DNA from: Macrostomum hystrix
Taxonomy: Eukaryota; Animalia; Platyhelminthes
Direction of reading: 5' to 3'
Length of the DNA: 64,000 nt
NCBI GenBank assembly: GCA_950097015.1
Contig: CATNEN010000002.1
Coordinates: forward strand, 5,270,001-5,334,000
This document shows positions 31,901 to 41,919 of the stretch, piece after piece. A model generated the notes under the pieces. The model searched no databases and had not been told where the DNA came from. It saw only the letters and a program-made list of their open reading frames with translations. The translations under genes were made by a program, and so were the position numbers. Numbering within the stretch: the stretch's first letter is position 1; every line of letters starts with the position of its first letter.

Positions 31901-34900
31901 TGAGTTCATGCTCATGAACTGAATCGTCAAAACTGGTCAAAACTGGCATGCTGTGCTTCAGTCTCCTAGATTTCTTCCTCGTGCTCAATACACCGATTAA
32001 TTTTTTCCTTCTCTTGGTTCGGCAGACTTGTTAATATTATAAATAGTTTGCTAATTGATGGTGTTAGCAATGAGCACTTTGATCTCAATGTTGCAGGTGG
32101 TTTCCGCGCTGTCGGAGTTCACACCAGAATCGGCGGTAAGGGCCCGCTGCCACCGTGGTTTTCAAGTGAGTGCGATCCAGTTTTTGCGAAGTGTATTTAG
32201 AAACTTACTTCATGGACATTTCCAAGCAACTCAGCATTACAGGAAGCTAAAGATTTAGGCTTCATCAGGAATCAGGCCTTTAGAAATCTGAGCAATCTTT
32301 AGCAACAAGCTTTGAGCACTTTTTGGCTCTTAACAGTAGAAAGGGCACGCTATTTTCGCCCTGAGGAAAGACCCTGGGGAATTTCAAATAGCCACTGCCT
32401 ATACTTCCCCATAGCTCCCAAACCGAATCACCGACTTTCGTGAGAGTCCAACATATGCATCAACATTATCCGCCCTTAATTACGACGAACCAACTTTCAA
32501 AGCCGTCCGACGTCAGCATCGTCGAAATATTCAGAGATTCTTGTCGAAGACCCTGGTGACAAGGACAGCTAACATTTCTCTGTGCAAATCTATGGCGAAT
32601 CCGCGGCAATGTTCTACTTCCGTTCGTTATATTATTTTATTCGTTTGTATTCGTGCCACACGTGGATTCTGAGTTTGAAAAAAGTTGTGCTGACGTGGCT
32701 TTGCCGTGACTTGACACTTGGATCTATGTCTATGGCAAAATCTGGCAAATATGGGGGAACAGGAAGCTAAAGCGCAGAAATTCTGCAGCTGAAGATTTCG
32801 CGAAGGCCAAGCTGCGTCAAATGCATGGCACGAGTGCTGCTCTATTCGAAAGCCACCTCGAAGAATTCTTATGGCGCCGTCTATACCCCAAGAATAGCTT
32901 CGGTGCCCTCCTCTACTGGATTAGGCACTTACCCGGTTTGAGAGAAGAAAGACTGACCAAGACTTTTCAGAACTGTGTGACCAAACTACTGACTTTTTGC
33001 TACCGTTAAACTTGTTTTTTGTCGTTATCTGTCGTTTGCAAACAAAAAATAATATAACGAACGGAAGTACTCGTAGAACATTGCCAAATCCATTATTGGT
33101 TCAGCAATATAATAATTAGCAATAGTATCAACAGTAATAGCCGTCATGGTTGCATGATGACATTTTGTGAGTAGATAAGTTAGGCCTACATTGGTACTTT
33201 TGTCAATCGTTGAATCGTTGAATATTTCGAGGATGCCGATATTTTAGTGATTCTGGAAGCCGTTTCATCGGATAGAGCAGAACATTTTAGCCCGTGTTCT
33301 AAATTTTATGGCGATTGGTTGAATATTTTGTGGGATGCAGAAAAAGATAGGGGTATTTGAAATACCCCGCGGTCGTTTGTTCAAATCCAACCGGCTGTAA
33401 CGACGTCGCAATCGTCAATTTCACAATTCAGTCGGCAAGTCCAAGAACTCGCTGCCACCGCGCTACCGAGGTGAGACACGCGAACTAAATTGGTAAATAA
33501 GAATTGATAAGATTTAAGGATAGTCGCGAAGCTCAGCAAACGTACTTATATGAACCGCAGGAAAGCACTCCTTCAAGAAAATCCGCGTCGGAGGCGACAT
33601 CGGATCTCTGCCGCCGCAGTACAGGAGTGAGTCATACTACAAAAGCAGGTTTTCATACTTTACTAAGTATTATAACAAGTTTTTGAGGTTTAGCAACCAA
33701 TTAGATCTCCTAAACGACCTGCTACGTTTTTAATCGAATTACAGAGAAAAACAAGTTCATCCGAGTTGGAGGCGACATCGGATCTCTGCCGCCGCTGTAC
33801 AGGAGTAAGTCATACTACAAAAGCAGCTTTTCATACTTTACTAAGTATTATAACAAGTTTTTGAGGTTTAGCAACCAATTAGATCTCCTAAACGACCTGC
33901 TACGTTTTTTAATCGAATTACAGAGAAAAACAAGTTCATCCGCGTCGGAGGCGACATCGGATCTCTGCCGCCGCAGTACAGGAGTGAGTCATACTTAAAC
34001 AGTTGTTGTACTCAGTCACTTATGCTGTTTGTGATTGTTAATCCTTAAGGTTTTTGCAACCGGTTATACGAGCGTATTGTTCAATTACTTTCTGTTCAAT
34101 CGTGTTGCAGAGAAGCACAGGTTCATCCGAGTTGGAGGCGACATCGGATCTCTGCCGCCGCTGTACAGGAGTAAGTCATACTACAAAAGCAGCTTTTCAT
34201 ACTTTACTAAGTATTATAACAAGTTTTTGAGGTTTAGCAACCAATTAGATCTCCTAAACGACCTGCTACGTTTTTTAATCGAATTACAGAGAAAAACAAG
34301 TTCATCCGCGTCGGAGGCGACATCGGATCTCTGCCGCCGCAGTACAGGAGTGAGTCATACTTAAACAGTTGTTGTACTCAGTCACTTATGCTGTTTGTGA
34401 TTGTTAATCCATAAGGTTTTTGCAACCGGTTATATTGTTCAATTACTTTCTGTTCAATCGTGTTGCAGAGAAGCACAGGTTCATCCGAGTTGGAGGCGAC
34501 ATCGGATCTCTTCCACCCCAGTACAGGAGTGAGTCAGAAAACTCACTGAATGATTCATATATCTTGCAAGTTAAATTGTGCTGATGTCATAGCTCAGAAC
34601 GCAAAAAACGCGATTTCAGAGAAGCTCGTGTCACCACCAGGCTCCTCCAAGAGCTCCCTGCCACCTAAGTTCAGAAGTGAGTGAATTCCGCACCTTGATC
34701 CTAAACCCAACTCAATTCTTTTAATTTCTTCAAAACTTAAAGGGTAGCTTAATAAGTACCCTACCACTGTTAATAAAAACAGTAGAGTTAAAAAATTCCT
34801 TACTCAATCCATGTCGACTGCTAAAAAATAAATATAACAGTTCCAGGAGGGCTGCGGGCAATGGCACATCATTCGGTGACACTAGACCCGCAGCCAGCGA

Positions 34901-37900
34901 GGAGGCAATTCTGCCAATTCCGCTGACTCCTGAGCACACGTGCACACAGATACCGTACGCAGGCACACACTCACGCAGGTGTGTACATCTGCCCTGGCTT
35001 TTTCATCGTCAGGCAGTGTATACTTTCACTGTACTTTGGAGGTTGGCCCTCACGGGCGTAAATTGCACTACAGGCCCCCAAGCCTTCTCTCCGCGGCTGC
35101 GCCACAAACGAATGTCGTAGACGTAGATGCTGATGAATGCATTCAAGCCTCTAAGGGTCTGATAAGGCTCATGAAATTGTTCGACTTCCAGCTGGCAATT
35201 TTAAGGGGCCAAGCGTTCTACCAGGATCGACCGAGGGCTCCTTGCATCCGCGCTACCGCGGTGAGTGAGATGCGGCCTCCTGATCTTACCTCTTTGCTGC
35301 TCCTAAAGTTTGTAGATACAAAAACAACTCTAACTCGAGTCATTGGTTTTGCAGTTAACTTAAACCAAGGCTCCGATTAGCTTTGATTGCTAAAACATAA
35401 GAGCACAAATAACAAAGAGACACGTACTCACCTTGAACTGCAGGGAAGCTGCAAATTGTCAAGCACATCCGGGTCGGAGGCGACATCGGATCTCTGCCAC
35501 CGCAGTACAGGAGTGAGTCCTACTATGGTTGATACTCCGTCACATCATTCATGGTGTTATTTCTAGCTTTAGTTTATTACAGGGATAGTAAACGAAGATT
35601 CCCCTGTTTAATCACGTTGCAGAGAAGCACAAGTTTATCCGCATCGGTGGTCACAAGAGCGCCCTGCCGCCCAAGTTCAGAAGTGGGTACTTTTGGATTT
35701 GGACTGCTTTTTCACAATTTAGTTTAGCTCTTTTATGTATCCAAACTCTAAATGCATAACACATAAACTCAAGCGTTATGAGAAAACTAAAACTTCACAA
35801 ACTCCATACAACATGAGTAGCAGCTTTCTCGTGAATTCGTGGACAGGTAAATCCTAGAATAAAAGTGCATTGAGCGCGAAAATTGTTCCAAAATTTGTGG
35901 GCCCATAGAGTAGTTGCTCAAAAGACAAGCAGTCTCTCGCCTGGAGCCCTGTGTGGACAGATTAAAAATTGACGCTATCAACCAATGGGGCGGCTTGTAG
36001 CAACAGATAAGACTTGCATCCTGGAATGAAAGACTAAAATTTTGAATAAAAAATTATGACTTAACTTTTGATACCCAGTTGGCAAGTTGAAGAGGCCAAG
36101 TGTTCTACCAGGATCGACCAAGGGCTCATTGCATCCGCGCTACCGCGGTGAGTGAGAAGCAACCTGTCACTAAACATTTGCCTTATTTTACATTTTTAAT
36201 CCGTGAATTTATGGATTCGCTGATATATTCTATGACAAGTCGTGTCCTATAACTGAAAATTTTGTTTTAAAAAAAGTACAAAATCAACACACAAACCACA
36301 GGTAAGCACACTTTCAAGCACATCCGGGTCGGAGGCGACATCGGATCCCTGCCGCCTCAGTACAGGAGTGAGTCTTAGTTCATCTAGTTGTTGATACTCT
36401 GCAAAAAGTGCTTTTAAGGTTAACAGCCAATAACGACCAACAACCTGGGTGACTGGCAGAGCGGTTAACGCGTTTGCCCCTCGCACCAAGGTCCCTGAGC
36501 TCGATTACATGGCGAGGCCACATTCATTTGGGGTGCAGCCGCGGAGAGAAGGCTTGGGGGATTGTCGTGCAATTTACGCCCTCGAGGCCCAACCTCCAAT
36601 GTACAGTGAAAGTATACACTGCCTGATGATAAGAAAGGCAGGGCAGATGTACACACCTGCGTGAGTGTGTGCGTGCGTACATTCAGCGGAATGGGCAGAA
36701 TTGCCTCCTCGCTGGCTGCGGGTCTAGTGTCACCGAATGATGTGCCATTGCCCGCAGCCCTCCTGCAATTATTATTATTATTATTATTATTATCAATTAC
36801 AGAGAAAAACAAGTTCATCCGAGTTGGAGGCGACATCGGATCTCTTCCGCCGCAGTACAGGAGTGAGTCATACTTAAACAGTTGTTGTACTCAGTCACTT
36901 ATGCTGTTTGTGATTGTTAATCCATAAGGTTTTTGCAACCGGTTATATTGTTCAATTACTTTCTGTTCAATCGTGTTGCAGAGAAGCACAGGTTCATCCG
37001 AGTTGGAGGCGACATCGGATCTCTTCCACCCCAGTACAGGAGTGAGTCAAAAAACTCACTGAATGATTGATAATTATTGAAAATAAAACTATGCAGATGC
37101 CAGAATTGAAGACTCCAACATTTCAGAGAAGCTCGTGTCACCACCAGGCTCCTCCAAGAGCTCCCTGCCACCTAGGTTCAGAAGTGAGTGAATTCCGCAC
37201 CTTGATCCCTGTCTGATTGTTGACTAAGCCAATTCTCGACTACCTGTGGGACATATCTCTCTAATAGAAACATTAATTAAGATTCTATCTATGATGAGTT
37301 TGAACATGTTCTTGTGGTTAGACGTTATGGCTTCTATTGGTAAATGCTAGCCTCCAAGGAATTTTAAAAAGTTTATAAAAAATTGTTCGATTTCCAGTCA
37401 GGAAATTGAAGGGGCCAAGCGTTCTACCAGGATCGACCAAGGGCTCATTGCATCCGCGCTACCGAGGTGAGTGAGATGCAGCTTATTTATCTTACCTCTT
37501 TGCTGCACCTTGGGTTTCGATATTCATTTTGTTGCTGTCAAGACAAGTCCACGCTTCATTAACTCAAACCATTATTTATAAAAAAAACAAATCTCAGGAA
37601 AACACTCCTTTATGCACATCCGTGTCGGAGGTGACATCGGATCTCTGCCACCTCAGTACAGGAGTGAGTCATACTTGAAATGGATCATGTTTGAGAAGCA
37701 GCTGTTGATGCTCCATCACAGCGACAGCGAAGGTTATTGAAGCAGGGTTTGTTAACGAAGATTTTCCTGTTTAATATTGTTGCAGAGAAGCACAAGTTCA
37801 TCCGCATCGGTGGTCACAAGAGCGCCCTGCCGCCCCAATTCAGAAGTAAGAAAAGCTAATCACTGACCGAAAAATATTTACTTAAACTGTAATTGTGCCT

Positions 37901-40900
37901 ATGTCCTGACTTGGAGCCAAAAACACAATTTCAGAGAAGCTCGTGTCACCACCTGGCTCCTCCAAGAGTTCCCTGCCGCCTAGGTTCAGAAGTGAGCGGT
38001 TGCTCTGAATTAAAGTAATAATTTATATTTATATTGCCAAGGCCTTACTGAACTGGAAAGTGAATGTCAATGTAAGGCTCTAGAATAAGCCTGAGGTCAA
38101 TTCTCGAAACAAACCGACTGAACTCAGTAGCTGGTCGATACAATCGACAGGAAACGCCGAGGCATCTTCTTCCCATGGCGCCCTGGCGGAGGTTTGACCT
38201 GGACCTCCATTCTACTCGTAGAGCCTTAAGTTTGAATGTCCTTTGTTTTATTAGATTATAACTTCTGTGAAAATTATAATTTAAATGCACTTTCCTGCAC
38301 AAAAGCCTTGTTAAAAAATAGTTTTCTTAAAAAATTATGCTTGAATAAAGTTTTTTTGCTCTAGAAAAAACATAAGCAAAAACTGTTGCGTCCTAGATTT
38401 AGGAGTGAGTTCGCCTTGGCAATCATCTAGGCACATTTCAGCTGCACTCCAGTCAGCGACAATGCTTCTTGCAGGAGCCCTTGAAAATGAGAATTCGTTG
38501 GTACACCATTTCAGAGAAGCACAGGAAGGTCACGAGGCACATCCGGGTCGGAGGCAAGAGCTCCTTGCATCCTAGATTTAGGAGTGAGTTCGATTGGCAA
38601 TCATTGGCAGATCATAGCAAAAATGTCTTTCAATTATCCGTTTTCTATCGTAAGCAAGAACTTTTCGGTAAAGAAACTTCAGACTGGGCTGGTCAGTCAG
38701 ACTAAAACGGCAGGAAATTTACAATGCAATCGAAGAAAAAAGTTTCTTATTTAGACAAGACCGAATAGAAACGAGTTTTTAATGTGCAACGTAATTTTGA
38801 TTTACATTTTTTACTTTAAGTAACACAACTAAATTTTAACTGTCGCGTATAATTTCAAATTTCCCATCATATTTGGTTGCCCAATCACCTGATTCAATGT
38901 TACAAGCCCTTTGCACAGCTAATCCACAAAGCGACACCTGCTGATTTTACCTTTCAGACAAGCGCGGGCCAATTCTGGTTGGAGGAAGTGAGGGCTCCCT
39001 TCCACCACAGTACAGAAGTGAGTTTCCGAAATTTCCGAAAAATTCTCTGTTTTAGAAAGTACAACTAAAATGTTATCTTGAATGCGAATCACTTCAGAGA
39101 AAAATTGGAAGATCGTGAAGCACTTCAAGGTCGGAGGAAGTGAGGGCTCTCTGCCACCGCAGTACAGAAGTGAGTCGTTTTCGTATTCCCACTGCAATTT
39201 GATTTTAACGATTTGAAAAGCTGTAATAGTATATGATTATTTCTTAGGGGGCCGGTGGCAGAGCGGTTATCGCGTTTGCCTCTCGCACCAAGGTCCCTAA
39301 GTTCGATTCCGCGGCGAGGCCACATTTATTTGGGGCGCAGCCGCGCAGAGAAGGCTTGAGGGCTTGTCGTGCAATTTTACGCCCTTGAGGGCCAACCTCC
39401 AAGGCACAGTGAAGTGTACACTGTCTGACGATGACAAAGTCAGGGCATAGGTACACACCTGTGTGAGAATTGCCTCCTCGCTGGCTGCAGGTCTAGTGTC
39501 ACTAAGAGATGTGCCACTGCCCGCAGCCCTCCTGCAATTATTATTATTATTATTATTATGATTATTTCTTAAATGAAGAACTGAAATATTAGCCCAAATT
39601 CGACTTCGACTCACTTCAGAGAAAAACAGGAAGATCGTGAGGCACTTCAAGGTCGGAGGAAGTCAAGGCTCTCTGCCACCGCAGTACAGAAGTGAGATTT
39701 TTTAGATCTTTTTTAAATATACATGAAGACTGAAATGCAAAGTCGTTAACCTTGTTTCGCACGTGTTTATCAATCCAGAAAAGCACTTTTCGTTTGTGAG
39801 GCACTTCAAGGACGGAGGAAGTGAGGGCTCCCTTCCACCGCAGTACAGAAGTGAGTCGTTTTTTATTTCTAATTGCAATTTGATTTGAAAGATTCGAAAA
39901 GCGGCAATAATGTATGATTATTTTTCATGAAGTACTGAAATATTTCCCAAATTCTACTCACTTCAGAGAAGAACAGGAAGATCGTGAGGCACTTCACTGT
40001 CGGGGGAAGTGAGGGCTCTCTGCCACCGCAGTACAGAAGTGAGTCGTTTTAGTTTAAGGAATTATTTTTTACGAGAAAACTTGAAATATTTTATTTTATG
40101 CGACTCACTTCAGAGAAGAACAAGAAGATCGTGAGGCACTTCACGGTCGGAGGAAGTCAAGGCTCTCTGCCACCGCAGTACAGAAGTGAGTCGTTTTGTG
40201 ATCGTTGTATTCTTGCTACTTTTCGATATGAGCGCGCGATTCAAACTTTCTCAACAGAAAAGGAGTTGTTTACATTGAAAGCTATTTTTTCCTAAATCTG
40301 AATCATTTCAGAGAAGAACTGGAGGATCGTGAGACACTTCAAGGTCGGGGGAAGTGAGGGCTCTCTGCCACCTCAATACAGAAGTGAGTCTTTAGTTTAC
40401 TTACTGCATTTCCATTTGAACGATTTGTACAGTTGTACCAGTAGATTCTTGTTTTTGAAAAATAAAATATTATCTCGAAAACGAATCACTTCAGAGAAGA
40501 ACAGGAAGATCGTGAAGCATTTTAAGGTCGGGGGAAGTCAAGGCTCTCTGCCACCGCAGTACAGAAGTGAGATTTTATTTATTTTTCACACACACAACAC
40601 AGGAAGCCTGAAATTTAAATTTTAATGACCTTTCTCGCGTATTTATCAATCCAGAAAAGCACTTTTCGTTTGTGAGACACTTCAAGGTCGGAGGAAGTGA
40701 GGGCTCCCTGCCACCGCAGTACAGAAGTGAGTCGTTTCAAAACGTATAGTGTTCCAGCTGTATTCCAATTAAAACGGCGATCACAACAGTAGTATATTAT
40801 TTTTACATGCAAAGCAGAAAAGAGTTTCAAATACGACTCACTTCAGAGAAAAACAGGAAGATCGTGAGACACTTCAAGGTCGGAGGAAGTCAAGGCTCTC

Positions 40901-41471
40901 TGCCACCGCAGTACAGAAGTGAGTCGTTTTTTATTTCTAATTGCAATTTGATTTGAAAGATTCGAAAAGCGGAAATAATGTATGATTATTTTTCATGAAG
41001 TACTGAAATATTATCCCAAATTCTATACCCACTTCAGAGAAGAACAGGAAGATCGTGAGGCACATCACTGTCGGGGGAAGTGAGGGCTCTCTGCCACCGC
41101 AGTACAGAAGTGAGTCGTTATAGTATTTCGATTTTAGCAGTGACAACAGTTTAAGGAATTATTTTTTTTATAAAAACTGAAATATTATTTTTTATGCGAC
41201 TCACTTCAGAGAAGAATTTGAAGATCGTGAGGCACTTCAAGGTCGGAGGAAGTCAAGGCTCTCTGCCCCCGCAGTACAGAAGTGAGTTCATCTTGTTGGC
41301 GTTCTTTTAAGCAAATTTTTGAAGCACGCGATGTAAATACGAAATCTGACGAAAATGTCTTTACCTCAATAATATTCAGAACACCACATTGTGCTCAGCC
41401 ACGGACATAAATCTGTGAGACATCATGGAGTGAAGGCCGCTCCAGTTAGTCATCGACACACCACCAAGTAG
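28928..41471 (+). CDS. Secreted WSC-domain protein with 38 tandem micro-exon-encoded cationic Pro/Gly peptide repeats (putative polypeptide precursor), 43 exons
   Basis: Exons: 28928-29009 (signal peptide MMFGRVTLSCGLLLLLAATGRTS); 29431-29454; 30125-30271 (acidic); repeats 30352-30408, 31115-31183, 31265-31324; WSC 31633-31899; repeats 32097-32165, 33432-33470, 33561-33626, 33745-33804, 33924-33983, 34111-34170, 34290-34349, 34469-34528, 34620-34676, 35192-35260, 35444-35512, 35623-35682, 36079-36147, 36302-36367, 36803-36862, 36982-37041, 37127-37183, 37398-37466, 37598-37663, 37786-37845, 37935-37991, (38365-38404, 40 nt), 38515-38583, 38958-39017, 39098-39169, 39620-39691, 39779-39850, 39967-40038, 40114-40185, 40312-40383, 40495-40566, 40655-40726, 40847-40918, 41038-41109, 41210-41281; terminal 41380-41471 (TAG). 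Every exon has an AG acceptor and a GT donor (mostly GTGAG/GTAAG). All introns are phase 1 and internal exon lengths are multiples of 3 except the 40-nt one. Confidence 0.85.
29108..29285 (-). mobile_element. SINE family B partial copy in intron 1 of the micro-exon gene
   Basis: Reverse complement match to family B (ctgactcctgagc..caggtgtgtacatctgccctgac..ggaggttggccc..atgtggcctcgccgcggaatcgagctcag). Confidence 0.65.
30540..30990. repeat. 16-nt minisatellite (CCCGTGTCTCATCTCT); a related array lies at ~42400-42720
   Basis: Visible tandem units. Confidence 0.88.
31633..31899 (+). CDS. WSC (carbohydrate-binding) domain exon of the micro-exon gene
   Basis: GFIGCFKDKRSDRDLFKLAYTSSRNTVDKCRKTCETLGFHYAGLQGGRQCFCGKRFGTHGRAQSCNLTCSGNRAQKCGGSLANSVYH carries the WSC pattern GCF.D / C...C / YAGLQ.G.QCFCG / C...C.GN....CGG....SVY. 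The exon is 267 nt, phase 1-1. Confidence 0.88.
32790..32945 (+). mobile_element. Merlin/IS1595-like transposase C-terminal remnant
   Basis: Translates AKAKLRQMHGTSAALFESHLEEFLWRRLYPKNSFGALLYWIR, resembling the GT...F.SHL.EF.WRR C-terminal motif of Merlin transposases. No upstream catalytic ORF is seen. Confidence 0.45.
34843..35115 (-). mobile_element. SINE family B copy (lacking head), reverse orientation
   Basis: Reverse complement of the family B body (caggagggctgcgggcaatggcacatcattcggtgacactagacccgcagccagcgaggaggcaattctgcc...ggaggttggccc). Confidence 0.75.
36447..36792 (+). mobile_element. tRNA-derived SINE family B, full-length copy in a micro-exon gene intron
   Basis: 5' GG..TGGCAGAGCGGTTAACGCG (A box) and GAGCTCGATT.C (B box), a body shared with five other copies, a 3' hairpin GGCTGCGGGT..GCCCGCAGCC and a (TTA)n tail. 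Confidence 0.8.
39247..39557 (+). mobile_element. SINE family B copy with 14-bp target-site duplication
   Basis: Flanked by ATGATTATTTCTTA at 39233-39246 and 39558-39571. The paralogous intron near 39910 (tgtatgattatttttcatgaag) lacks the insert, i.e. an empty site. Confidence 0.85.
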
Positions 41472-41919
41472 ATGCAGGAAGCTGTGGTACGTACTCTTCA
41501 TTTTCAGTTTGAGTTTTTAGATTTTATAAACGATGGCACAATATAATCATAAATAAGTGATCTCCCATGCTTTGCAGCTTAATCAAATCAAGACTTCCAC
41601 ACTAGTGGAGTACAGTGGTCTCTGGAAGAATTTTACATACTGAAAAATAAAGTGATAATATGAAATCAATAAACAATTTTGTTTGTTTTCCTTTCGGTCC
41701 TTGCACTAAATTCAAATTCGCTGGTCTCTTAAGCAGAGTATTTTGGTGTTTTGAAGCTATTTTTTGTTTCGCAATAAATTGAAAGCTTAGAAATAAACTG
41801 ACCTAGTTACTCTGTACTTTTGGTTCTTGGTTGATCAATAAAATAAAGATTTTTTCATTTCTTCGATCGCTTTAGGATATCAAATATATTTTGAAGGCTT
41901 GTGCAGTGCAAGTCTAAAC

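Noticed and set aside
36700-36775. HDV-like ribozyme in the SINE B tail (GCCTCCTCGCTGGC equals the HDV P3/L3 sequence)
   Set aside because: The would-be P1 partner (GCCCGCA) lies downstream and forms a plain hairpin. There is no GG for P1.1 and no P2 partner or CGAA-type J4/2 in the required order.
38128-38215. GC-rich island reading KRRGIFFPWRPGG inside the micro-exon array
   Set aside because: No AG acceptor places it in phase 1 in that frame and it lacks the repeat motif, so it is not counted as an exon.
33432-41281. CRISPR-like repeat/spacer appearance of the GGAGG..TCTCTGCCACCGCAGTACAG array
   Set aside because: The conserved units are bounded by AG/GT splice sites, keep one reading frame and vary synonymously. 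The spacers are duplicated AT-rich introns. There are no cas genes and the context is eukaryotic.
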